Both the position numbers and the translations under genes were made by a program. Of a stretch of DNA of 64,000 bases, positions 32,847 to 41,590 are shown in pieces (within the stretch, counting starts at the first letter, position 1; every line of letters starts with the position of its first letter). The notes beneath the pieces are model-generated. The model saw only the letters and a program-made list of their open reading frames with translations, did not search any database and was not told the DNA's origin. Source of the DNA: a virus; IMG/VR virus record IMGVR_UViG_3300020389_000255, positions 5,659-69,658 of that record; one strand, written 5' to 3'.

Positions 32847-34625
32847 ATGGGCAGACAACCACGTACACGTAAAAGAACAGCACAAGTCTTAACAAGTATA
32901 GAACAAAGACGGTTAAAATTACAAGAAGAAATAAGAGCTCTAGAAGCCCAACCAGAAAGTCCATCCACAACTAAAAGTCTAACAACAAAACGGAGATTAT
33001 TAGCTAATGTAGATAAGGAAAGATACAATTGGCTAGGTTTAGAAGATGAAGAAGAATTAGGAACTCAACATTTCATTAAAAATGTCCAAGCAGTCATTAG
33101 ACAAAGAAAAGCTGGTCTTGCAACTGCAATCAAAGGTGCAGTTGGAATGAAAATTCTTGGAGCAGATCCTCTAATTTCTAATGCTTGGGCGGGTGCTTTA
33201 ATGCTCCGAGACATGTTTCGTGGAAATAACAACATAGAACCAGATGCTGGAACAGCAGGAAAACCTTCTTCAATACCATCTTCTGGAGGTGGAGGTAAAG
33301 GTGACGCAAATTTAGTTCCAGATTTACTCGCCAGAATAGCTACCACAACTGAAAAAACATATGATTTATTAGATTGGGTTTATACTTATAGGCGTGCTAG
33401 ATTCCGAGAAATAATGAATCTTGATACCCTCTCATCCGCTGCCGAAGCAACAGTTGCAATGAATGCCCTGCCTCCTGCTGAACGGCAAGAAAGAATAGCT
33501 AGCCGTGAAAATTCCGTAGAAGATAAAGTAACAGATCTAATCGAGTTAACTAAAGAAGGTTTATTTGGTAGTCCAAAATTATTAGGACCTGCAGGTCCAA
33601 TTGCTAGTTTGTTGGGTAAAGTTCATGAAGGAGTACTGATTCAAGGAGATGCACTTAAAGGTTTAGAACCTACTGAAGAAGAATCAAGAGAATCGCAGAT
33701 GAACAAATTAGCAAGACTGAATCAATTTTCAAAAAATAAAAATATTAGTAATTTAGCTGCACTCGGAGGTACAGCTGCCGGTGCTGGTGGAGGATTTCTC
33801 AGCAATCTTGCAAGTGAAACAGGAGGAGAATTATTAGGAAGAACTCTTTGGAGAGGAAAAGGAAGAGGTTTACTTCCAAAAGCTGGAAGAGCAATTGCAG
33901 GAAGTAGAATGGGTCAAGGAATAGCAGGCCTTGCTGGTAAAATTGGTCCTAAAGGTTTAGCAATTGGAGGTGGACTTGCTACCTTTGCAATAATGGGTGC
34001 CATGGATATGGTAAAGGGTGCAATATATAAACACAAAGAATGGGGTGTTGGTAAAGTGTCTGGTTCTCTCGGAGGATTACTTGCTGGAACAGGAGATAGA
34101 GGAATTTGGAGTGTATTTGCAAATATGGGTAAATGGGCAGGTGCTGGTGCCGCAGCTGGAAGTGTTGTCCCAGTAGTAGGTACAATAGGAGGAGGTATCC
34201 TTGGAGCTGCATTAGGTGGAATACTTTCCTTATTAGGAGGACAAAAAATCTCACAGTGGATAAGTAATGCAGGAAGATGGTTACGAGATGAACTTTGGGA
34301 AGGACTAAAACAATTTGTAATTGATATAAAAGAATGGGTATTTGGTACAAAAAATCTAAAACCAAATAAAGATGAAAAGCCAACAGATAATGACACAGAG
34401 GACAAAAAAATATCATTTCTTAACAGAGGACAAAGAATTAATGATGGAAGTATAGAATTAAATTCATCAGGTGGGAATACAGGATTTCAAACAGCATCAT
34501 TATCACCAAATATTATAAATGCAACTACAGTATCAAGTAATGAAGAAACAAATTTCTTTGGGAGGGCATCATCAACTAACCCAAACAGTCCATCTGCAAA
34601 CAAGATTGTAGCATTAGTAACCTAA
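32847..34625 (+). CDS. Putative tape measure/hub protein (gp29-like), 592 aa
   Basis: Follows gp26-gp51; helical, Gly/Ala-rich with hydrophobic segments. Confidence 0.6.
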   Translation: MGRQPRTRKRTAQVLTSIEQRRLKLQEEIRALEAQPESPSTTKSLTTKRRLLANVDKERYNWLGLEDEEELGTQHFIKNVQAVIRQRKAGLATAIKGAVGMKILGADPLISNAWAGALMLRDMFRGNNNIEPDAGTAGKPSSIPSSGGGGKGDANLVPDLLARIATTTEKTYDLLDWVYTYRRARFREIMNLDTLSSAAEATVAMNALPPAERQERIASRENSVEDKVTDLIELTKEGLFGSPKLLGPAGPIASLLGKVHEGVLIQGDALKGLEPTEEESRESQMNKLARLNQFSKNKNISNLAALGGTAAGAGGGFLSNLASETGGELLGRTLWRGKGRGLLPKAGRAIAGSRMGQGIAGLAGKIGPKGLAIGGGLATFAIMGAMDMVKGAIYKHKEWGVGKVSGSLGGLLAGTGDRGIWSVFANMGKWAGAGAAAGSVVPVVGTIGGGILGAALGGILSLLGGQKISQWISNAGRWLRDELWEGLKQFVIDIKEWVFGTKNLKPNKDEKPTDNDTEDKKISFLNRGQRINDGSIELNSSGGNTGFQTASLSPNIINATTVSSNEETNFFGRASSTNPNSPSANKIVALVT

Positions 34626-34656
34626 AAAAAACCCGTTAGAATTAACTAACGGGTTT
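34624..34656. terminator. Rho-independent terminator between convergent operons
   Basis: Stem aaacccgttag/ctaacgggttt with 6-nt loop; A8 run gives a U-tract on the - strand after gp32. Confidence 0.85.
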
Positions 34657-34677
34657 CGATTAAACATAGATAAGTAA

Positions 34678-35559
34678 CTACTCACCTGCTAATTTTTTAA
34701 AGTATGACAAAGTTTCTTCTTCAGATCCTTCCTCATAAGTTGACTCAACTGAAATTTCTGGTTCAGCCGCATCAACTGATTCTTCAACTGCCTCAAATTT
34801 AACACGATCCGAATCTGCCTCAAAACCTAAAACACGTTCCATCTTTGTTTTAAGTTCATCAAACGTTTTAAATTGATCTGGCGCAACCAATTCTTGCAAT
34901 GAATACTGCTTATTATACAATTCTTCCAATTTTGCATCATCACCATCAAGAATTGCAGCGGTAGCATCAAATTCTGACCTATCATAATTAACAAACCCAT
35001 CAACAGTACGAATTTTAAGTTTAAAATCAGCACCTTCCCAATAATCAAATGGATTCATTGGAGTTTCATCTTGAAATTCTGGGTTCATTGTATCATTAAT
35101 TTTATCAAATATCCTCTTTCCATAACGATAAATAAAATTCTTACCTTCATTATCAGGATTTGCTGGATCTTTAATTACCATAATATTAGATACATAATTC
35201 AGACGCCGTTTCTGCTTACGTGCTTGTTCTTTGCCTGCCTCTGTACCATTATTCCAAAGACCAGTATTAAATTCACTAACAGGATCTTTCTGATTCAAAG
35301 TTGTGAGTGAATTCTCAATATACCAACCACCAGGACCTTGAAAACCATGTGAAAAAATACGAACCCATGGTAAATCTTCTCCTTCAGTCTGTGGTAGGAA
35401 ACGAATCACAGCATAACCATTACCAGACTTATCACGTTCTGGTTTCCAATAACGATCATCGATATAACTAACCGTTTGTTGTTGGGTTTTTTCTAATTCT
35501 GCGGTGAGATTAGCAATTGTTGCATTACGATTTTGCTTTAAACTTGCAAAAGATGACAT
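34678..35559 (-). CDS. gp32: Single-stranded DNA-binding protein gp32
   Basis: 'DDRYWKPERDKSGNGYAVIRFLP…HGFQGPGGWYIENSLTT', 'NPFDYWEGADFKLK', acidic tail. Confidence 0.96.
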   Translation of the reverse strand: MSSFASLKQNRNATIANLTAELEKTQQQTVSYIDDRYWKPERDKSGNGYAVIRFLPQTEGEDLPWVRIFSHGFQGPGGWYIENSLTTLNQKDPVSEFNTGLWNNGTEAGKEQARKQKRRLNYVSNIMVIKDPANPDNEGKNFIYRYGKRIFDKINDTMNPEFQDETPMNPFDYWEGADFKLKIRTVDGFVNYDRSEFDATAAILDGDDAKLEELYNKQYSLQELVAPDQFKTFDELKTKMERVLGFEADSDRVKFEAVEESVDAAEPEISVESTYEEGSEEETLSYFKKLAGE

Positions 35560-35632
35560 ACATGATACTCCTTATTGTTTTATATGCGTTGTATTAGTTG
35601 TATAGCGACTTGTTCACTAAACATTATACTAT

Positions 35633-35661
35633 ATTATAACATATTTTTCAGGCAATGTCAA
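35633..35661 (-). promoter_or_regulatory. Sigma70-like early promoter for gp32
   Basis: TTGACA-N17-TATAAT with TGn extension. Confidence 0.8.
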
Positions 35662-36235
35662 GCCTATTTTTAATAATTTCCTTATATTTTTTAATATCGA
35701 CACTAAGGAAACTCTTATACTTCTCACAGACTATTCGATTTGCTGGCCATTGATACTCGTCCAACTCCTCATCAAACTGTGGGAAAAAATTTAATATCAT
35801 ATCCATAATGATAAATGTTTCGGGTGAAATAATACCCTGATAAAACAATTTTAATATTGTTGGATCTGCATCTTTCAACCTAAACAATTCATCAAAATGA
35901 CTAACATTATCTAACATAACATCCAATTCCTGTTGGAAATTGTATGTCATACTCTGCATACGGTTCTTCCAAGCAACGAAAATATCATCACCTGTATTTA
36001 CCATATCTTCTAATCTTTTGTTTCCAGAAACAAAATTAGAAACAAAAAACGGTAATAACTGTCCTTCTTTATATCGTTTATTAAACGTTTCAAAGTAACG
36101 AGGAAAACCTCGTCGACCATAAAACTTCTCGGACGATTGTACACGGACACCACCATTGTAACGAAAATAATCGTATCCAGGTTGTTCAAAATGTTGCTTA
36201 ATGCCCATGTACAATTTATAAGTTTTATAACTCAT
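35648..36235 (-). CDS. gp59: Helicase loader gp59
   Basis: 'YKLYMGIKQHF…YDYFRYNG', 'ISPETFII', 'KYKSFL'; gene order gp33-gp59-gp32. Confidence 0.88.
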   Translation of the reverse strand: MSYKTYKLYMGIKQHFEQPGYDYFRYNGGVRVQSSEKFYGRRGFPRYFETFNKRYKEGQLLPFFVSNFVSGNKRLEDMVNTGDDIFVAWKNRMQSMTYNFQQELDVMLDNVSHFDELFRLKDADPTILKLFYQGIISPETFIIMDMILNFFPQFDEELDEYQWPANRIVCEKYKSFLSVDIKKYKEIIKNRLDIA

Positions 36236-36486
36236 AAAGGCAAAGATCCTGTTCTTGGTAAAAAGTTAAATTTAACTGCCTCTGCCTCGACTTTATCTTT
36301 CAATGATTTACTCAATAACTTAGGCACAATATCAGTATCAATATTATGTTTGACACAATAATCTAATATTGCATCCATGTAACCGAGTCCTTCATCTCTA
36401 ACCAAATCACAAATAGCATCAGAAAATTTTCTTGGATTGTGTAAGTTTGTTATTTCCAAGAATTCTTCTTCAGTCAATTTCGCCAT
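36232..36486 (-). CDS. gp33: Late transcription co-activator gp33
   Basis: 'YMDAILDYC…KLLSKSLKDKVEAEAVKFNFLPRT…LPL'. Confidence 0.9.
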   Translation of the reverse strand: MAKLTEEEFLEITNLHNPRKFSDAICDLVRDEGLGYMDAILDYCVKHNIDTDIVPKLLSKSLKDKVEAEAVKFNFLPRTGSLPL

Positions 36487-36502
36487 AAAATATCATATCT
36501 CC

Positions 36503-37366
36503 TTAATGATTTTGTAAAAGTTGGAATATAGTTTGTGACAAGGATTGTGCTTGTGCCATCATTGCCAATGCTGTTTGTTGTTTAATTTGATTCACTGACA
36601 TATCAGTGATTTCTCTCGCCTCATCCAATGCAGTTAAACTATTTCGATTGTTTTCTGTTTGCAAGACCATGCCTTCCAAGTTAGTTATAGTAAAATCAAA
36701 CCTACGGATAGTTGCACCAATTCGTGCTTGATGTTCAATCAATTGGTTAAGTGCAGCGTCTAACGTTTCAACTGCATCAAGTGATTTTGATGTATCATCA
36801 ACTGAACTATCAGAAACAGCAAATAACGTGGGAGTTCCAGCGACCTCTTTAGTCTTTCCCAATACATCAGCAGATGCATCACCCAATGATATATTAATTC
36901 TTTGATCTGGATCGTCATTAATTCCAATTGCAACTATCTTATTAGTAAAATCACCACCTAACAATTCAATACCATTGTATTTGGTTGTAGCAACCACAAA
37001 CTCAGCTTCTTCCAATAGTTGATTATATTCAGCAGAAAGAATCACTCGTTCTTCTTGTGAAGTAGAATCATTTGAAGATTCGACACCAATTTCTCTCAGA
37101 CGTTCAACAATAGTCCTGACTTGTGCCATTCCAGTATCAGCAGTAATAAGCAAATCTTGAGAATTCTTGACATTCCGATTTGCTTGTTCTAATGCAACTA
37201 TCTTATTGGTCATTCGGACGACACTTGCCGAAGCGACACTATCATCAGAAAAATTCGGAATCCGTGAACCACTAGAAATCTTCTCTACATTCTTCTCAAT
37301 ATCAGCTGTTGCTTTTTTGTAATTGTTGTATGCGTTGAGCATTGCACGTTGTAAACCTTGAATCAT
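36503..37366 (-). CDS. fliC: Flagellin (short, D0/D1-type), divergent
   Basis: Flagellin_N: 'EKISSGSRI…DD…LEQANRNVKNSQDLLITAD…VERLREIGVESSN…ER…EYNQL…TKYNGIELLGG'. Flagellin_C: 'ARIGATIRRF…ITNL…QIKQQTALAMMAQA…IFQLL'. AGGAG RBS. Confidence 0.92.
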   Translation of the reverse strand: MIQGLQRAMLNAYNNYKKATADIEKNVEKISSGSRIPNFSDDSVASASVVRMTNKIVALEQANRNVKNSQDLLITADTGMAQVRTIVERLREIGVESSNDSTSQEERVILSAEYNQLLEEAEFVVATTKYNGIELLGGDFTNKIVAIGINDDPDQRINISLGDASADVLGKTKEVAGTPTLFAVSDSSVDDTSKSLDAVETLDAALNQLIEHQARIGATIRRFDFTITNLEGMVLQTENNRNSLTALDEAREITDMSVNQIKQQTALAMMAQAQSLSQTIFQLLQNH

Positions 37367-37394
37367 TTGTTACTCCTATAAAAAAAGTGTATAC

Positions 37395-37595
37395 TTATAT
37401 ATCGTCACATTTCGGAAAAACTTTAGCCTTTTCTTCAAATATTCCACAAGTATATGTATTTCTATCTGGTATGGTAAACAAGCTTCCATCTTTACAAGTT
37501 TTTGTACATTTCGCATTATGTTTCCATTCATTATTAATATACTCATGCACATGTGGAACTATATGCTTACAATTTTTACAAACTTTCTCCATCAC
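37395..37595 (-). CDS. Small Cys-rich, putative Zn-binding protein
   Basis: 'CKNCKH…C..TC…TC..F'. Confidence 0.55.
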   Translation of the reverse strand: MMEKVCKNCKHIVPHVHEYINNEWKHNAKCTKTCKDGSLFTIPDRNTYTCGIFEEKAKVFPKCDDI

Positions 37596-37912
37596 TTAAT
37601 ACTCCATATAGGCAATTCTGAAAACCATTTTTTTACTCGTCTCCAAAATGTTATTTTTTTCATCGGTTCTTCCTTTTCAACAAACTCCCATGTAATCTTT
37701 GCACCAGGGATTACCTTAATAGATTTCTTCTCCATCTAATTAGGTCCTTTAACAGGAGTATTCAACCAATCTTTTATACGTTGCCATCGTGTTTTAGGTC
37801 GTTTAACTCCTGAAAGATTCTCAGAAATTGTTCTTTTTTTACCTAAACGTTTTCCTGTATTAATATCAAGCAACCCATCCCTAATAACTTTAGTTACTGC
37901 TCCATGGTGCAT
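37592..37912 (-). CDS. Two small basic ORFs (37736-37912, 58 aa; 37592-37735, 47 aa)
   Basis: Translated by hand; GGAGG RBS before 37912; both carry a 'W.R(I/V)K.W' motif. Confidence 0.5.
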
Positions 37913-38009
37913 TTTATTCCTCCTACAAGTCGTGGTGACTACTTATGTCATATCGGTGAGTCACCTGAACCTTTCCTATATCTGCTTGGGCCATATAGAC
38001 TCTTGGAAA

Positions 38010-38244
38010 TATAGTAGGGGTTTCTGTTGACAGGTACCCCATAGACCCCGGCATTACCTATTAGGCAGCCATTTGTAATTCATAATCGTTTCCAATTATT
38101 AGTTTGCAACTTCTGAGATGTTGCCACTCCAAATAACCTACTCTCCATCATCGTCATACCTGTCGAATCCGTTACGCCCCCATTATGGTGGAGGCGGTGG
38201 GAGTTGAACCCACGTCCAGTGTATCGACAACTTCGTATCATCGG
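38010..38244 (-). ncRNA. ssrA: Circularly permuted (two-piece) tmRNA
   Basis: Acceptor piece ends GACGTGGGTTCAACTCCCACCGCCTCCACCA (CCA end at 38186). After a 4-nt spacer TAAT, the coding piece starts GGGGGCGTAACGGATTCGAC (38181). Acceptor stem has G3-U70. Tag frame 38093-38061 reads GNDYELQMAA-TAA-TAG after ATAATT. Outer ends approximate. Confidence 0.92.
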
Positions 38245-38736
38245 TTAAAAGTCCTTAAGATGTTTTTCTAGACTTGATTGTGTTTCACTACCTTCAAAAC
38301 CAACTCTAACTGAAGGTGAATCTTCAGATTTAAATTCAGGATTTTCCTTTTCTAATTTTTCTAATTCCTTCATCTTCATATCATAATCATAATCAGAAAT
38401 TTCTACATTATCTGGATCTGTATAATATAAATTTTCGTGATATTCTAAATAATTTCTCAACGTAGCAATATCATCTTCTGGATCATTCGTAGGAATCCAT
38501 GTTACCATTGTCGATTTTTCTCCGACATCTACAATACGAGTTCTCCAATCTATGACATTCTCATCAGGTAGGTTATTGGGTTCAGATTGTCTCAATTCGG
38601 TAATGAACGCATTCCAATATTCTCGACCCTTTTCTTCGACAATCCATCTATTCCCAATCAAAGATTCATCTTCAACTTGATCTGGAAATCTATTATAAAC
38701 TTTATACATCATTGATTTATAACTATCAACACTCAT
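38245..38736 (-). CDS. Protein with a stand-alone NAD-dependent DNA ligase domain Ia
   Basis: 'LRNYLEYHENLYYTDPDNVEISDYDYDMKMKELEKLEKENPEFKSEDSPSVRVG' matches the LigA N-terminal subdomain; no KxDG catalytic domain. Confidence 0.8.
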   Translation of the reverse strand: MSVDSYKSMMYKVYNRFPDQVEDESLIGNRWIVEEKGREYWNAFITELRQSEPNNLPDENVIDWRTRIVDVGEKSTMVTWIPTNDPEDDIATLRNYLEYHENLYYTDPDNVEISDYDYDMKMKELEKLEKENPEFKSEDSPSVRVGFEGSETQSSLEKHLKDF

Positions 38737-38768
38737 TATTCAGTTCCTTCTCAATTGTTTTATACTAT

Positions 38769-38812
38769 AGTATAACATATTTCTGGCCAATTGTCAAGAG
38801 GAAAGCCATTTT
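38769..38812 (-). promoter_or_regulatory. Sigma70-like early promoter cassette
   Basis: TTGACA-N17-TATACT with upstream AAAATGGCTTT box. Confidence 0.8.
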
Positions 38813-39224
38813 ATTCCCCTCTTGTAACAATTAAAATTCGTTTAATTTGCTCTTCCACAACTTGCTTCCGATTTGGCCAATGTATATATGGATTATTCTC
38901 TGAATCTTTTGATAAATTCATGAGTAATGGAATCACCAATTTTTCTAATGTTTTAAATTTTTCTTGATTTCCCACCGTCAATTCCAACTCCTTTTCTTCA
39001 AGGCGAATATCATATTTTTTCTGTGCTACACCTAACACCTCTTCAAGTTTATTTTCTATTTGTTCCAATTTCTGTGATACATTTTCTGAACTAACAGAAA
39101 CTTGTTCTAATTTTTCCGTTTGTATTTTTGATTGATCTACTTGATCACTACTGACAGACTTAATTCCAAAATCAACATTAGTATCAAAATCAAAATCATC
39201 AAAATTGAAATCTTTAATATCCAT
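38811..39224 (-). CDS. Conserved-type T4-like phage hypothetical protein (coiled coil)
   Basis: 'DFGIKSV…LEKLVIPLLMNLSK…YIHWPNR'. Confidence 0.6.
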   Translation of the reverse strand: MDIKDFNFDDFDFDTNVDFGIKSVSSDQVDQSKIQTEKLEQVSVSSENVSQKLEQIENKLEEVLGVAQKKYDIRLEEKELELTVGNQEKFKTLEKLVIPLLMNLSKDSENNPYIHWPNRKQVVEEQIKRILIVTRGE

Positions 39225-39894
39225 ATGAATTCCTTTGGTAAAAATGTTTGATTTGTTTTAATAAGGAGTTTGTCCAATTATCTCTATGTTCTACAAATAT
39301 TTGAGGTTTCTTATCTGTAGGTGCAATAATAACAACCAATTGAGTAATAGGAAGATCAGTCCTTTCTTCCCACATAATTGAATATGCACACGACTGCATA
39401 AAATAATCAGGAATCCATTCTTTCTTTTTTTCTTTCCGTGAAGTTTTAAAATCTATAATAGATAATCTTCCGTCAAATTCTGCAACACAATCTACTCTCC
39501 CAGCAAGTTTCAAATGATCTGACCACAAAGGAACTTCTTGCGAATGTATATTGTCAATATACCTATCTAATACCGGTTGCATAGTCCGAAATGATTCAAT
39601 CGCTAAAGGGTTTGAAAATTTACCTTCAAATGAATTATTCAAATATTCTTCTACGAGTTTATGTACAGCAGTTCCTTTTGCCGATGCCTTTGTAGAAATC
39701 TTATTTGCTTCCTTTACTCCAACCTTTTTACGCCAATCGTTCAACCCTTTAACTTTAGACGGAAGACTTCCAGTAACAGTAGTCACAGAAGGATATTTTT
39801 TATCACCCACCACATAATGACGTTTTTTGTTTATAGTCTCAGTTATCAACTCAACAAATTCATAACTACCGACATGATTAAAATTTTTCATCAT
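39214..39894 (-). CDS. PD-(D/E)XK exonuclease (Cas4/RecB-like)
   Basis: 'YPSVTTV', 'GTAVH', 'AGRVDC…IIDFKTS', 'QSCAY'. Confidence 0.88.
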   Translation of the reverse strand: MMKNFNHVGSYEFVELITETINKKRHYVVGDKKYPSVTTVTGSLPSKVKGLNDWRKKVGVKEANKISTKASAKGTAVHKLVEEYLNNSFEGKFSNPLAIESFRTMQPVLDRYIDNIHSQEVPLWSDHLKLAGRVDCVAEFDGRLSIIDFKTSRKEKKKEWIPDYFMQSCAYSIMWEERTDLPITQLVVIIAPTDKKPQIFVEHRDNWTNSLLKQIKHFYQRNSYGY

Positions 39895-40427
39895 TTTAAA
39901 TTAAAACACCGTCGGATCCATCCTCGAATAAACTTCACTTGACTAGTCCGTTGTGTATATTTAGATCCATCAAACACTAAATTCCAATAAAATCCAGAAC
40001 GTTCAACTTTTAATTCCCAATCTTGTAATGTTGCACACGCTTTAATTGTATTAGGACCAATCCCACCATCAACGTCAATTTTATTTTCTGGTTTGCGTTT
40101 ATTGTTACATGCTTGTTGCAAAATCTTAACCGCCCCACCTTGTCCATGATTCACAACCATATCAAAATAAGTTTCCCGCACTTCGGCAGGAAGTTGTTCT
40201 GCCTTTGAAGGCAACCAATACATTTCATAATAAATTTCTTCCGCCTCTTCCTGTGTCATATTTTTAATATCATCTACAGTACATTTTTCTTCACGAAATG
40301 TCTCATAGACTTTTTGTGTTACACCCCAATTAGTCGCACCTCCACGGTCATCTGGGTCATCTACAAACCCACCTTCATGTCCCAGCACAACTGCAATAAT
40401 ATCTTCAAATTTTGTTAATTTCGCCAT
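39891..40427 (-). CDS. Glycoside hydrolase family 108 lysozyme/endolysin with PG-binding domain
   Basis: 'HEGGFVDDPDDRGGATNWGVT', 'FDMVVNHG', 'VDGGIGPNT', 'FIRGWIRR'. Confidence 0.92.
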   Translation of the reverse strand: MAKLTKFEDIIAVVLGHEGGFVDDPDDRGGATNWGVTQKVYETFREEKCTVDDIKNMTQEEAEEIYYEMYWLPSKAEQLPAEVRETYFDMVVNHGQGGAVKILQQACNNKRKPENKIDVDGGIGPNTIKACATLQDWELKVERSGFYWNLVFDGSKYTQRTSQVKFIRGWIRRCFNLK

Positions 40428-40440
40428 TATAGTTTCTCCT

Positions 40441-40710
40441 CTACCATCTAAAATTTTTCAATGAATCACCTGCCATATGGCCCTGATTCTTTTTTATTTC
40501 ATTTATCCTATTAATAACATCTTTTTGAGGTTTACGAATTCCAAGTTGCACAGGATCAGCAAAACCAGGCGCACCTATTTGCAAAACAAAACATTCTGGT
40601 TCGTGGCACTTAGGACACGTCCATGCTCTTGGCTCATGTCTACGTGCAATAGTTAAACTTTTCTCAAATTTATATCCACAAAATTCACAAGTATAATCAT
40701 AGAATGGCAT
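40441..40710 (-). CDS. FmdB-family zinc-ribbon protein
   Basis: 'MPFYDYTCEFCG…FE…CPKC'. Confidence 0.85.
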   Translation of the reverse strand: MPFYDYTCEFCGYKFEKSLTIARRHEPRAWTCPKCHEPECFVLQIGAPGFADPVQLGIRKPQKDVINRINEIKKNQGHMAGDSLKNFRW

Positions 40711-40994
40711 TATTCTATCCCAAATTCTGTATCATCTAATTCTTCAGTCCGTCCACCTTCTTCCAGTGGTTCTTCATCATCACCTAACTCAATATCAACT
40801 TCTTCACCAGTCAAGGCCTTAATAAGTTGTTCAATAACAGTTTCTGTAACTTCTTCAATAATTTCATCAAGCAAATCACTTTTTTTAATCTGCTCAATAA
40901 TAGTATCAATTATTTCAGATCCTTCATCCAGAATTGAATCAAGTACACCGTCAATAATTTTATCAGTAAGTTTACTTAGATTTCCGAAACGCAT
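40710..40994 (-). CDS. Very acidic small helical protein
   Basis: About 31 D/E versus 7 K/R in 94 aa; AAGGAG RBS. Confidence 0.6.
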   Translation of the reverse strand: MRFGNLSKLTDKIIDGVLDSILDEGSEIIDTIIEQIKKSDLLDEIIEEVTETVIEQLIKALTGEEVDIELGDDEEPLEEGGRTEELDDTEFGIE

Positions 40995-41334
40995 CTCTAT
41001 ACTCCTTCACTTTTTCAGTTTTGCTAATTGGGTTAATTTTATATTCACTTGTTTTGCTATTTTTTATTCTCATTTTATTTACTTTTTTAGTAGGACTAAA
41101 CATTTTAGATGCCATTATACTTCTTGTTATCACACTCACAATTGTTTTCTCCTACTTTTATTTATGATTCTCTTTTCCATACACCCAACCTTGAGCATCC
41201 CCCTTTGTACCAAATGCTGTTATAAATTTTCCTCTATTCCTAACTGTCCAAAACTTTTTATGATATCCTAATCGTTCCTTTTGCACAGTATACGATGGGG
41301 GTTTCCCGTCCAGTGACTCCATTTATAGCTCCTT

Positions 41335-41586
41335 TTAAATTAAAAAAAATTCAGACCCATCTTGGATCAGTGCCTTACCGCTCCAATCGGGTCTGTATAA
41401 TACAAATAATTTTGCAATATCTTTTCGTGTAGGATAATATCCCTTACGATTACAGCTATAATACACACTATTAATATACCACTCAGGTTGCATATTACTA
41501 AACATATCCAAATATGTCATAAGACATCTATGGATAACATTAGATTCTGAAACGTATTTTGAATGATGCCTTGTTTTATCTTTCAT
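41335..41586 (-). CDS. Hypothetical protein
   Basis: ORF co-oriented with neighbours. Confidence 0.5.
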   Translation of the reverse strand: MKDKTRHHSKYVSESNVIHRCLMTYLDMFSNMQPEWYINSVYYSCNRKGYYPTRKDIAKLFVLYRPDWSGKALIQDGSEFFLI

Positions 41587-41590
41587 ATAT

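Noticed and set aside
33065-34416. Minus-strand ORFs within the tape-measure-like gene
   Set aside because: Antisense shadows of Gly/Ala-rich codons
38186-38220. tRNA gene or attP fragment
   Set aside because: No anticodon arm; the 5' half and tag ORF follow downstream, which fits a permuted tmRNA
39214-39894. CRISPR-Cas system from the Cas4-like nuclease
   Set aside because: Solo PD-(D/E)XK exonuclease common in T4-like phages; no cas operon or array
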